DNA of 64,000 bases from Lachnospiraceae bacterium (GCA_024696825.1 JAILGL010000004.1:23433-87432), one strand, 5' to 3'. Shown: positions 1-9,312, counted from the stretch's first letter. Numbers and translations: made by a program. Notes: a model not told the origin generated them from the sequence alone.

Positions 1-1412
1 TTGCAAATGGAATTAAGGCTTATGTATTTGATGAATTAAGACCTACTCCAGAGCTTTCATTTGCGCTTAGAGAGCTTGGTTGTGTAGCAGGTATTAATAT
101 CACAGCTTCACACAATCCACCTGAGTATAACGGATACAAGGTTTACTGGGAGGATGGTGCTCAGATTACACCACCTCACGACAGTGGAATTATGGATGAG
201 GTTAAGGCTGTTACAGATTGGTCAACAGTTAAGACCTGCGATAAGAAGGAAGCTGAAGCTAATGGAATGTATCTTCACATCGGTCCTGAGATGGATGATA
301 AATATATGGAGGCTTTAAAGGCTCAGATTATCCATTGGGACAGCATTAAAGAGATGGGAGATAAGATTTCAGTTGTATATACTCCACTTCATGGAACAGG
401 TAATAAGCCAGCCATGAGAATCTTAAAGGAAATTGGATTTAAAAATGTTTATGAGGTAGCTGAGCAGGCTGAGCCTGATGGCAACTTCCCAACAGTTAGT
501 TATCCAAACCCAGAGGCTAGCGAAGCATTTGAGCTTGCTGTTAAGCTTGCTAAGGAAAAGGATGCAGATTTAATTCTTGCTACTGACCCTGATGCTGACA
601 GACTCGGTGTATATGTTAAGGATAGTGCTTCAGGTGAGTACAAGGTACTTACAGGAAATATGAGTGGAAGCCTTCTTGCTGAATATGAGCTTTCACAGAA
701 AAAGGCTAAGGACGGAAGTCTTCCAGAGGATGGAAAGCTTGTTAAGTCCATAGTTACAACTAATTTTGTAGATGCTATCGCTAATTACTACGGAGTAGAG
801 CTTGTAGAGTGTCTTACAGGATTTAAATGGATTGGAAAAGAGATTCTTGGTTATGAGACTTCAGGAAAGGGAACCTACCTCTTCGGACTTGAGGAAAGCT
901 ATGGTTGTCTTATTGGAACTCATGCAAGAGATAAGGATGCTATCGTTGCTACCATGGCTCTTTGCGAGGCAGCAGCTTACTATAAGACTCAGGGAAAAAC
1001 TCTTTGGGATGTAATGGTTGATATGTATGAGAAATATGGCTATTATACAGATGCAGTTCAGTCTATAGAGATGAAGGGTATCACAGGATTAGAGAAAATT
1101 TCAGCTATTATGGATAATCTTAGAAAGAATCCTCCAAAGGAGATTAACGGTTATAAGGTTCTTTCTGTTAGAGATTATGATAATGACACTGTTGTGGATG
1201 TTGAGACAGGTGCTACAACATCAACCGGTTTACCTGGTTCTAACGTTTTATATTATGATATGTCAGACAATGCATGGATGTGCGTAAGACCTTCAGGAAC
1301 TGAGCCAAAGATTAAGTTCTACTATGGAGTAGTAGGAGAGAGCTTAGAGGATGCTAAGAAGAAATCTGATGAGACCGGTGCTAAGGTTAAAGAGATGGTT
1401 GAGAGCATGTAA
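1..1412 (+). CDS. Phosphoglucomutase/phosphomannomutase family protein (alpha-D-phosphohexomutase), 5'-truncated by the window edge
   Basis: Frame 3 is open from nt 3 and reads ...GINITASHNPPEYNGYKVYWEDG, which contains the active-site phosphoserine loop TASHNP. This lies upstream of the internal ATG at 192 used by the ORF track. Stop at 1410-1412. Confidence 0.9.
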   Translation, partial: ANGIKAYVFDELRPTPELSFALRELGCVAGINITASHNPPEYNGYKVYWEDGAQITPPHDSGIMDEVKAVTDWSTVKTCDKKEAEANGMYLHIGPEMDDKYMEALKAQIIHWDSIKEMGDKISVVYTPLHGTGNKPAMRILKEIGFKNVYEVAEQAEPDGNFPTVSYPNPEASEAFELAVKLAKEKDADLILATDPDADRLGVYVKDSASGEYKVLTGNMSGSLLAEYELSQKKAKDGSLPEDGKLVKSIVTTNFVDAIANYYGVELVECLTGFKWIGKEILGYETSGKGTYLFGLEESYGCLIGTHARDKDAIVATMALCEAAAYYKTQGKTLWDVMVDMYEKYGYYTDAVQSIEMKGITGLEKISAIMDNLRKNPPKEINGYKVLSVRDYDNDTVVDVETGATTSTGLPGSNVLYYDMSDNAWMCVRPSGTEPKIKFYYGVVGESLEDAKKKSDETGAKVKEMVESM

Positions 1413-1490
1413 TTAGCTTGGCGATATATTAGCTAAGTGAAATATTAGAATAAAATACTAAAAATAAAACAGTAAAAATGTAATTAATAA

Positions 1491-1535
1491 AGGCTGATAT
1501 GCTTTATCGGATAGATAAAATATATCAGCCTTTTT
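1491..1535. terminator. Candidate bidirectional intrinsic terminator between the convergent pgm-like and GGDEF genes
   Basis: AGGCTGATAT (1491-1500) pairs with ATATCAGCCT (1522-1531). A T-run follows on the + strand and an A/T-rich tract follows on the - strand. The 21-nt loop is rather large. Confidence 0.55.
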
Positions 1536-1559
1536 ATTGTTTGTATTAAAAAGTATTTC

Positions 1560-3326
1560 TTAAACCACAATTACCTTGTCCTTACCTGCATGCTTTGCGT
1601 CGTAAAGTGCGCTGTCAACTCTTATACAGGTTGTATCAGGATCTTCGCCGGCTATAGCTTCTGTAACACCTAAGCTTATGGTGTGACTACCGGATTTTTC
1701 AAAATTCATATCCTTAAAGCGTTGTCTTATAACCTCGGCGATTCTTGTAGCTTCATCCTTGTTGCAGTCATTTAAAAGAAGCATAAATTCTTCGCCGCCC
1801 CATCTGCCGGCCATGCCGCAGGTGGCTTCATGCTCTGCTACGTCTCTAAGCATATTGGAAAGCTCTATAAGAACTATATCACCTTCCTTATGACCGTAGG
1901 TGTCATTTACCTTCTTGAAATCATCGATATCCATCATAATAAGAGATACATTACCATCATAATCATCATTAAGCTTCTTGATGGAATGAGTGATTCTGTG
2001 TTGTATTTCCTTACGGTTTAGAAGCTTTGTAAGACCATCTGAGATGGCAGCCAGTTCAAGCTTCTTATTAGCTTCTTCAAGCTCCTCTGTAGCAGCCTCG
2101 ATAAATGTAGCGAGGCGGTTAATCATGGAAACCTTACCTGAGAAAATATCATCCTCAACCTCAAAATCAAATTCATTGTAATTATAGGATTCACCCTCTT
2201 TAAGAGCTGCCACTACCAGAGTAACATTGTGCTGGTTAACGGATTTATCAGTTCTTAAAAACTCACCGGAGGTATAGAAACCTGAGGTGGACGCTATGGC
2301 CTGGAAAGGAAGAGTTTCCTTACCTACCTCCTTATCACCCCAGAAGGTTCTTCTGGCTGCACAGGAGAAAACTCTTATAACCTCAGGATTAAAGGTATTA
2401 ATTCGCTGAGCCTTTTTCTTAACATTGTCAAGGATGGTCCAAGGATCACCATAGGCCATGCGGGCATATACATTTTCATCCATGTCGGCTGTCATATTAA
2501 GAGAACCGTCAGGATTACTTGAGGTAGGAGCTCTTAAAATGTTCAGTCCATTGTGCTCATAGAAAAATGGGAATTCCAAAGTGTTAGTAAAGAAATTCTC
2601 ATCATTTCCGATATTTAAATATTTATAATAAACATCGTAAGAAGGCTTGTGATCTAACTCATAGAGAATGCTGTTCTTAGCCTTGGTAACTAAGAGATTT
2701 CTTCCAAGAGGCTTCCAACCGGTGATATGCATGGTGTCTACAAAGAAGTCATCGCCACCAATGAGAGCATATACAATTCCGTGATTGGAATAGGTGCCGC
2801 TACTGGAAAATACGCAGGCATCAAGTGAGTTAATGTCAGGGGCAAATGCGCCGCCACCAAAGACTGCAACGCCATCTCTTAATTCAGAGAGATTATCGCA
2901 AAAGTCCGACATGGAAACTCCTCTTATGGTAAGAAGCAATTCGATGGCCTTAACCCATGGACGTTCATTAACGGCATCTATAATGCTGTCGGTAACATCC
3001 TTTATATTTTCCTGGGTAAGACTACACTCAAGTATGTCTATTTTAGTGGACTGATACTCGTATATTGTACAGATTACACAGGTTTTAGAACCTGCAAAAT
3101 TACCCTGACAAATGTTTCCGTTAGTGGAACAACCCATATATTTTGCATATGGAAATTTATTGGTAATAATATCTACAATATTATTTATTTCCTCTTCGTC
3201 GATGGTCTCTGTAAAAATCTGAAAGACTATATTAGAACTAACAATCCCCTCGCACCATTGACTCAGTTTAGATATATCTTTTGTAAAAGTGTTAAGGTTT
3301 TCAACCTTATACTGAAACTGTCTCAT
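1560..3326 (-). CDS. Diguanylate cyclase with an N-terminal FIST-type sensor region (FIST_N/FIST_C + GGDEF)
   Basis: 588 aa. The C-terminal domain carries GRWGGEEFMLLL (GGEEF active site) and the DIDDFKKVNDTYGH metal site. The N-terminal ~380 aa look like FIST domains. No RxxD I-site precedes GGEEF. The SD GGAGG lies upstream of the ATG. Confidence 0.85.
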   Translation of the reverse strand: MRQFQYKVENLNTFTKDISKLSQWCEGIVSSNIVFQIFTETIDEEEINNIVDIITNKFPYAKYMGCSTNGNICQGNFAGSKTCVICTIYEYQSTKIDILECSLTQENIKDVTDSIIDAVNERPWVKAIELLLTIRGVSMSDFCDNLSELRDGVAVFGGGAFAPDINSLDACVFSSSGTYSNHGIVYALIGGDDFFVDTMHITGWKPLGRNLLVTKAKNSILYELDHKPSYDVYYKYLNIGNDENFFTNTLEFPFFYEHNGLNILRAPTSSNPDGSLNMTADMDENVYARMAYGDPWTILDNVKKKAQRINTFNPEVIRVFSCAARRTFWGDKEVGKETLPFQAIASTSGFYTSGEFLRTDKSVNQHNVTLVVAALKEGESYNYNEFDFEVEDDIFSGKVSMINRLATFIEAATEELEEANKKLELAAISDGLTKLLNRKEIQHRITHSIKKLNDDYDGNVSLIMMDIDDFKKVNDTYGHKEGDIVLIELSNMLRDVAEHEATCGMAGRWGGEEFMLLLNDCNKDEATRIAEVIRQRFKDMNFEKSGSHTISLGVTEAIAGEDPDTTCIRVDSALYDAKHAGKDKVIVV

Positions 3327-3472
3327 ATAATTCCTCCATAACTAATATTTATTTATAAATCCGCAAGTATGTTATATGAATTATAGCACATACCAAGTTT
3401 ACTAACAAGGGTATTTTACCCCAAAAAAGATAGTAAAAAACTACAAAAAATGTATTAAACTACAGCATAAAA

Positions 3473-3502
3473 ATAGCTTACAGCAATTGAACTGTAAGCT
3501 AT
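3473..3502 (-). terminator. Candidate intrinsic terminator downstream of the flavodoxin gene
   Basis: ATAGCTTACAG / CTGTAAGCTAT form an 11-bp stem with an 8-nt loop. The hairpin is flanked by an A-run and a T-run, and TTTTAT follows it on the - strand. Confidence 0.6.
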
Positions 3503-3586
3503 TTTCGAGATACCAAATATACAAAATAAAATGGAATTGTTATTTTATAATAAATGTCAGTAAAAGAAATTAATTCTTAAAGCAAG

Positions 3587-4009
3587 TTAAGCAAGTGCTG
3601 CACCAAGTGCTGAACATGCGCTAAGTTCATCTGCACCAGGCTCATTGTTAGCCATAACGCTTTCGGTTACAAGACTTGCACCAGTGCCCTCACAACGCTC
3701 TTCCCAGTCTCTCATCCACTGACCGTCGCCCCATCCGTAAGAACCGAATAATGCGATTTTCTTTCCTGCAAGTGCACCTTCAACTGAAGTGAACATTGGA
3801 TCGAATTCTGTTTCCTCAAGAACCTCAGCGCCCATTGCAGGACAGCCAAATGCGATACCGTCAAAACCGTTAACGTCTGAATCAGAAAAATCAGCTGCTT
3901 CAAATACAGTTACCTCAGCTCCTGCACTCTTTGCACCCTCTTCAACAGCGTCAGCCATCATCTTTGTGTTACCGGTTCCGCTCCAATAAACTACTGCTAC
4001 TTTACTCAT
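3587..4009 (-). CDS. Short-chain flavodoxin
   Basis: 140 aa. N-terminal FMN phosphate loop VVYWSGTGNTKMMA, then GCPAMG and GSYGWGDG. SD GGAGGG upstream. Confidence 0.9.
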   Translation of the reverse strand: MSKVAVVYWSGTGNTKMMADAVEEGAKSAGAEVTVFEAADFSDSDVNGFDGIAFGCPAMGAEVLEETEFDPMFTSVEGALAGKKIALFGSYGWGDGQWMRDWEERCEGTGASLVTESVMANNEPGADELSACSALGAALA

Positions 4010-4085
4010 GTTAACCCTCCTATGGTGTATTTATTTTATTTAAAGCTGTTAAACAGCAATAAAATCATGAATTATTAATTATTGA

Positions 4086-4640
4086 TTATAAGGTTTTTAC
4101 AATCATTTTATTTAAAGGCCTTCCCTCGTCGATAAGCCTTTTGTAAACCTCTGTACATTTTTTGAATTTGAAAAATGTGGATTCAGCCTTTTTCTCATCA
4201 CTATAAACCTTCCAGGTGCCTACACATTTGACACCCTCATCAGGATGTGTTAAAAAGCATTTCACATCAAAGGGAGGATAGCCTAAGAAAAGACCGATTT
4301 CATGTGGAAATTCATTTTCCTCTGAAAATCTTTTGGTGAGCTTTAAGATGCATTTTGATATGCTCTCATTGTCATAGCCTAAGTCCTTTAAGATTTCCCT
4401 GGCCTCAGGTTCATTTAAGTCACGCTTTAAAAAGTCGGGACGATAGATGTATATAAGGGTGTAGGAGTCGGTTCTGTTTAGGGAAATCGCTCTTAAACCT
4501 TTAGTTGAAAGAAGCTTATTCAAGTTAATAATTTCTCTGTCGGCGTCTGCATTTGATTCATTTCTAATAATGAACATGCTTCCGGTTTTTAAGCCTGCCA
4601 GGGTGGGAGCACATTGTTCTACTAAAAATTTATCAGGCAT
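4086..4640 (-). CDS. DUF3793 family protein (function unknown), probably co-transcribed with the flavodoxin gene
   Basis: 184 aa. The N-terminus VEQCAPTLAGLKTGSMF matches my recollection of the DUF3793 signature. It lies 76 nt upstream of the flavodoxin gene on the same strand. Confidence 0.7.
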   Translation of the reverse strand: MPDKFLVEQCAPTLAGLKTGSMFIIRNESNADADREIINLNKLLSTKGLRAISLNRTDSYTLIYIYRPDFLKRDLNEPEAREILKDLGYDNESISKCILKLTKRFSEENEFPHEIGLFLGYPPFDVKCFLTHPDEGVKCVGTWKVYSDEKKAESTFFKFKKCTEVYKRLIDEGRPLNKMIVKTL

Positions 4641-4667
4641 TTTTAATACTTCCTTTCTTTGTTGTCA

Positions 4668-4696
4668 ATTAGTAAATTAGTAATTAGTAATTAGTA
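4668..4696. repeat. Tandem heptamer (ATTAGTA) x4, immediately upstream of the DUF3793 start
   Basis: ATTAGTA at 4668-4674, 4676-4682, 4683-4689 and 4690-4696, read directly. On the - strand this is (TACTAAT)n, 28-56 nt upstream of the ATG at 4640. Confidence 0.9.
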
Positions 4697-4744
4697 ATGA
4701 TTAATAATTTATCAAAATAATAATTAGTGATTTTTAAATGAATA

Positions 4745-4806
4745 TGATAATCAAATGATAACCGAGGAAGGACAGATGATGCCGAAAGATTATCATTTGA
4801 TTATCA
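4745..4806. repeat. Perfect 17-bp inverted repeat with a 28-nt spacer
   Basis: TGATAATCAAATGATAA (4745-4761) and TTATCATTTGATTATCA (4790-4806) are exact reverse complements. Confidence 0.95.
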
Positions 4807-5129
4807 ATGCGTTACATTCAAATAATCGAATGCAAAAACAAAATGACCATGTAAAATATGTTAGGTATAGCTAACAAATGAATTGAAAAAATATGCATAC
4901 CATAAGAAAATATGCATATAATTCAAATGTAAATGTTACCCACAGCTAACATTATATCATTAAAGAACTTTTTGTCAAGCATATTTATAAGCATGTTTAT
5001 AAGCTTATTTAACACATATACAAATGCATTTATAAGCTTTTATAGGCAGATTATGCATGTAGTTTTTAAGTATAGATAAAAAAGTGTTTAAAAACTCGAA
5101 TGAAGTTTTTTTATAGTATCTAAGAGGGT

Positions 5130-5159
5130 TTGACATTCCCTTGTTGAAAAATGTATACT
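5130..5159 (+). promoter_or_regulatory. Candidate sigma-A promoter for the DegV-family gene
   Basis: TTGACA (5130-5135), 18 nt, TATACT (5154-5159). This leaves a leader of about 105 nt. Confidence 0.5.
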
Positions 5160-5273
5160 TCATTAGGCGTCATTCGTGTGACATGATGTGAAAAAATAAT
5201 ATTATAATGAAATCATTGTGTGAATGCTATGTAAAAAGCATTTTGATTGTCGAATTTAGAATGGAGAAAAAAA

Positions 5274-6164
5274 GTGAAGGTAAAGGTTATAACTGACAGT
5301 AATAGTGGTATGACAAAGGAAGAAGGAGATAAGTACGGAATTAAGGTTCTTCCAATGCCATTTCTTATTGATGGAAAAACATATTTTGAAAATATTACTC
5401 TCACTCAGGATGAGTTTTATGAGAGATTAAAATCAGATGTTGACATTTCTACTTCTCAGCCTACTATCCCTGATGTACAGGCTTGTTGGGAGGAGGAGCT
5501 TAAGGAGTATGATGAGATAGTTTATATTCCTATGTCAAGTGGATTGTCAGGTTCTACAAGTACTGCCCTTGCTATAGCAGATGACTATGATGGCAAGGTT
5601 CAGGTAGTAGATAATCAGAGAATATCAGTTACTCAGTTTAGAAGTGCTCTTGATGCAGTGGAGCTTGCTAATGAAGGTAAGTCTGCCAAGGAGATAAAGG
5701 AAATATTAGAGGCTGTCAAATTTGAATCAAGTATTTACATTAAGTTAGATACACTTAAGTACTTAAAGAAGGGTGGAAGAATTACACCTGCAGCTGCAGC
5801 TATTGGATCAGCCCTTAGATTAAAGCCGGTACTTCAGATTCAGGGAGAGAAGTTAGATGCCTTTACCATAGCAAGAACTTCTAAGCAGGCAGAAGCTAAG
5901 ATGCTTGGCGCAATTGACAGAGATATAGAAAATAGATTTGGAACCAGTGCTAACAGGGATAATCTTCATTTTTGTGTTGCCCATACTGCTAATTATGAGC
6001 TTGCAGATGAATTTGCAGAGAAGATTAAAGAGCATTTTGGAACTAAGGAAGTTTTAGTATCTCCGCTTTCACTTTCAATCGCTTGTCATATCGGACCTGG
6101 AGCTCTTGCCATGGCAGTTTCAAGAGAGGTTCATAATGCTTATGAAAGCGTAAAAAACGCTTAA
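5274..6164 (+). CDS. DegV family fatty-acid-binding protein
   Basis: The N-terminus (M)KVKVITDSNSGMTKEE is typical of DegV. I place the start at GTG 5274, 7 nt after GGAG (5263-5266), rather than at the TTG at 5247 used by the ORF track. Confidence 0.85.
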   Translation: MKVKVITDSNSGMTKEEGDKYGIKVLPMPFLIDGKTYFENITLTQDEFYERLKSDVDISTSQPTIPDVQACWEEELKEYDEIVYIPMSSGLSGSTSTALAIADDYDGKVQVVDNQRISVTQFRSALDAVELANEGKSAKEIKEILEAVKFESSIYIKLDTLKYLKKGGRITPAAAAIGSALRLKPVLQIQGEKLDAFTIARTSKQAEAKMLGAIDRDIENRFGTSANRDNLHFCVAHTANYELADEFAEKIKEHFGTKEVLVSPLSLSIACHIGPGALAMAVSREVHNAYESVKNA

Positions 6165-6509
6165 AAAACCTTAGAAAAACCTTAGAATAATGATGCATTA
6201 ATTGATAAAAAATGTGTCAAAATTCGATAAAAGTTATTACAAAAATTTAATGTAAATTTTTAGTAAAAGTAGTTTATTATTTTTAATATAGTTGATATAA
6301 TATTGTCAGTTGAGAAGATTGATTCGGAATATTTTATATTTATAAATGTTTTGAAGCTTGAAAAACTGGCAATATTTTTTTTGTGTAAAAAACAGTTTTT
6401 CTCTTTTAAAAATTCGGGGGTTTTAATCATTTAAATTAAAATAGGAGGTATTTTGGGGCAATCTTTAAAAAACTGGTGTATTATATATTTTTAAAAAGGA
6501 GAGATTCAT

Positions 6510-9200
6510 ATGCATTTAAAAAAGTTTAAGAAAGCTGTTGCCAGCGTACTTAGCGTTGCAATGGTGGCATCTTTAGCTGTTCCTTTTTCAAGTGAGAAAA
6601 AGGCTAAGGCTGATGAGTACAATTGGACACGTTATGTAACTATGACCGATGGTTCAAAGTTTGGTATCTATGACAATGGCTCAGTTCGTGCAGACTTAAC
6701 CTCACAGGATCTTGTAAGTAACGAGATGGGCCTTGGTATTAACCTTGGTAATACCTTTGAGGCAACCATTCTTCCTGGTGAGAAGGAAGGCAAGTCAGGT
6801 TATGATTATGAGAGTAGTTGGGGACAGCCTCAGACTACAAGAGCTTATATTAATAAGCTTCATGAGTTCGGTATTAACACCTTAAGAATTCCTGTAGGTT
6901 GGTCTAATGGTGATATCGACGATGGTAATTATAAGATTCGTACAGAGCTTTTTGACAGAGTAGAAGAGGTTGTTAACTATGCTCTTGATAATGGTATGTA
7001 TGTAATTATTAATGATCACTGGGATAACCAGTGGTGGGGCGGATTTGGTTCTGCCAAATATGATGAGAATGGCGATAAGGTGCCTGATGAAGAAATGAGA
7101 GCTGAGGCTTGGAAGAGATATGAGTCTTATTGGACACAGATAAGCGAAAGATTTAAAGACTACTCAGATCATCTTATTTTTGAAGGTGCTAATGAGGAGC
7201 TTGGTGACAGACTTAATGATTCTATCGTTAAGGAAGGAATCTACAAGGGATATTGTCGTCCTGCAAATGCTTCAGCTGAAGAAAATCCGGTTTGTGGTGG
7301 TTGCATGACAACTGATGAATTATATGAGACAGTTAATAAGATTAACCAGAAATTTGTTGATATAGTTCGTAGCACAGGTGGTAACAATGAGAAGAGATTC
7401 CTCATGATTCCTGGTTATAATACAGATTTTAGTGCAACTGCAGATCTTCCTGATGAATCAGTAGAGGATGAGGAAGTTAGTAGTGAAAGATTTGTTATGC
7501 CAACTGATCCTAAGGAGGAGAATGGCATTAAGAAGCTTCTTCTTTCAGTTCATTTCTATACTCCTGGTGGATTCTGTTTAGGTTCAGGTTCATACACTGT
7601 TGGAGATCAGAAGAAGAACGCAGACTGGTTCGCTTTACTTGATAAGTTTAGAGATCAGGGTTATGGTATCGTTCTTGGTGAGTGTGGTGTTTGTGAGCCT
7701 GGTTCTGTATCAGGAAGTGTTACTCAGTGGTATCATGATATATTTGAGCTTGCAGTTGATTATCATGCTTGTCCTGTAATCTGGGATACCGGAGCTAACT
7801 TCGACAGAACTAAAGCAGATATTAACTATAAGGATATGGCAGACCTCTTTAATGGTGTAAATGAAACTAATGTTGCATACACAACTGATAACCTTACAGG
7901 TGGTCAGGGAGGATCTGGTTCTGGTACAGCAAGTTATCTTCCGGATTATATTGATTCAGAGCTTTGGGATAAGAATGAAAATGGAATTAAGATGCATGGA
8001 TATTGCTTCTATCAGACTACAACCTGGGATTATAGAGATGCTTATATTCCACTTCGTTCATTAAAGGCTGATCAGTATACATGGAATTACATCAAGGCTA
8101 ATGGTAATGAGGTAACAGCTGAAACTACTAAGGTTCAGGATGTTCATCTTGCAGAAAATGATGGTAGCTATGAGGTTTATATCGATGGTATCGATTTAAC
8201 TGCAGCTAATAAGTTTAACATGCTTGGTATTTCAACTGATATAGCAGTTGCAAAATATCCTGATGTTACAATTGATAATGTAAGTGTTTACTTAGATGGA
8301 GAATTATATAACGAAAGTCCTTATGATCTTTCTGAATGTGTTAAGACTGATTCTAAGTACTATACATTTATGCTTATAAATGAATGGGCAGGAGAATTGA
8401 CAGATATTTGGGCTTTACCAATGGGTAAGAAAAACAATAAAGAAAAGGTTGATTTACCTAAGAGCAGTATCAGAATTACATTTGATATTCATGGTATTTC
8501 AGATGCCTTAGATGATATTGCAGATGGAACATATGTTGATCCTGAGGCTATTCCAGAGGGCGAAGAGGAAGAAGAGGTTGATGAGGATGCTCAGTTAGTT
8601 ACAGGTATTGTATCAGGCTCAAGTATTACAGTTAGATTTAAGAGAGATGATACCTCTAACGTACCTGAGGGAGCAATCGTTCCAAATGAAGAAGTAGCTC
8701 ATATTCCTGCTCCAAGTGAGAGCACAGTACCTACAAGTAGTGCAGTACCTACAGGAAGTGCTGTTCCAACAGCTGATTCTGTTAATGTGAAGAACTTCAC
8801 AAATGGTAAATTTAAGTATAAGGTTACTAAGCAGGCTACTTCCGGTAATGGAGTTGTATGCGTATCAGGACTTACCAAGAAGGGTCTTAAGGCTAAGTCT
8901 TTGGCTGTTCCTGTAACTGTAAAGAAGAATGGTAAGAAATATACAGTTAAGACAATCGGTAAGAAGGCATTTAAGAATGCTAAGGCTAAGAAGATTACTC
9001 TTAACAAGAACATTAATAAGATTCCTGCACTTGCATTTAATAAGTGTAAGAAGCTTAGTGTATTAACTCTTAAGGCTAAGCTTAAATCAGTTAAGAAGAA
9101 TGCATTTAAGGGATGTAAGAAGAAGATTAAGGTTAAGGGGAAGGCTGTTAAAGCTAATAAGAAGAAGCTTAAGAAAACTTCTTACAAGAAATTTAAATAA
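6510..9200 (+). CDS. Secreted multidomain glycoside hydrolase family 5 enzyme (cellulase/mannanase-type) with a Lys-rich C-terminal module
   Basis: 896 aa. Signal peptide MHLKKFKKAVASVLSVAMVASLAV. GH5 motifs GINLGNTFE, FEGANEELG (acid/base NE) and VLGECGV (nucleophile). A central domain of unknown type follows, then the linker STVPTSSAVPTGSAVPT and a very basic LRR-like tail. Confidence 0.85.
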   Translation: MHLKKFKKAVASVLSVAMVASLAVPFSSEKKAKADEYNWTRYVTMTDGSKFGIYDNGSVRADLTSQDLVSNEMGLGINLGNTFEATILPGEKEGKSGYDYESSWGQPQTTRAYINKLHEFGINTLRIPVGWSNGDIDDGNYKIRTELFDRVEEVVNYALDNGMYVIINDHWDNQWWGGFGSAKYDENGDKVPDEEMRAEAWKRYESYWTQISERFKDYSDHLIFEGANEELGDRLNDSIVKEGIYKGYCRPANASAEENPVCGGCMTTDELYETVNKINQKFVDIVRSTGGNNEKRFLMIPGYNTDFSATADLPDESVEDEEVSSERFVMPTDPKEENGIKKLLLSVHFYTPGGFCLGSGSYTVGDQKKNADWFALLDKFRDQGYGIVLGECGVCEPGSVSGSVTQWYHDIFELAVDYHACPVIWDTGANFDRTKADINYKDMADLFNGVNETNVAYTTDNLTGGQGGSGSGTASYLPDYIDSELWDKNENGIKMHGYCFYQTTTWDYRDAYIPLRSLKADQYTWNYIKANGNEVTAETTKVQDVHLAENDGSYEVYIDGIDLTAANKFNMLGISTDIAVAKYPDVTIDNVSVYLDGELYNESPYDLSECVKTDSKYYTFMLINEWAGELTDIWALPMGKKNNKEKVDLPKSSIRITFDIHGISDALDDIADGTYVDPEAIPEGEEEEEVDEDAQLVTGIVSGSSITVRFKRDDTSNVPEGAIVPNEEVAHIPAPSESTVPTSSAVPTGSAVPTADSVNVKNFTNGKFKYKVTKQATSGNGVVCVSGLTKKGLKAKSLAVPVTVKKNGKKYTVKTIGKKAFKNAKAKKITLNKNINKIPALAFNKCKKLSVLTLKAKLKSVKKNAFKGCKKKIKVKGKAVKANKKKLKKTSYKKFK

Positions 9201-9268
9201 TTATACTAAGAAAAAAAGTATAACTTAAGTAAGAGCTTAAGGGAGAAATCCTTTATTATGTAAATAAA

Positions 9269-9312
9269 GAGAGGATATTGCAGATAAATGCAGTATCCTC
9301 TCTGTTTGTTTA
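9269..9312. terminator. Bidirectional intrinsic terminator between the convergent GH5 and GH13 genes
   Basis: GAGAGGATATTGCA (9269-9282) pairs with TGCAGTATCCTCTC (9289-9302), 14 bp with one G-U. TGTTTGTTT follows on the + strand and TTTATTT on the - strand. Confidence 0.8.

Noticed and set aside
4745-4806. The 17-bp perfect inverted repeat considered as terminal inverted repeats of a MITE or IS remnant.
   Set aside because: The arms are only 28 nt apart. I saw no flanking direct target duplication, and there is no transposase anywhere in the window.
5213-5404. 63-aa minus-strand ORF overlapping the degV start.
   Set aside because: It overlaps the degV SD and N-terminal coding region, has no SD of its own, and is a hydrophobic low-complexity translation. 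It is probably spurious.
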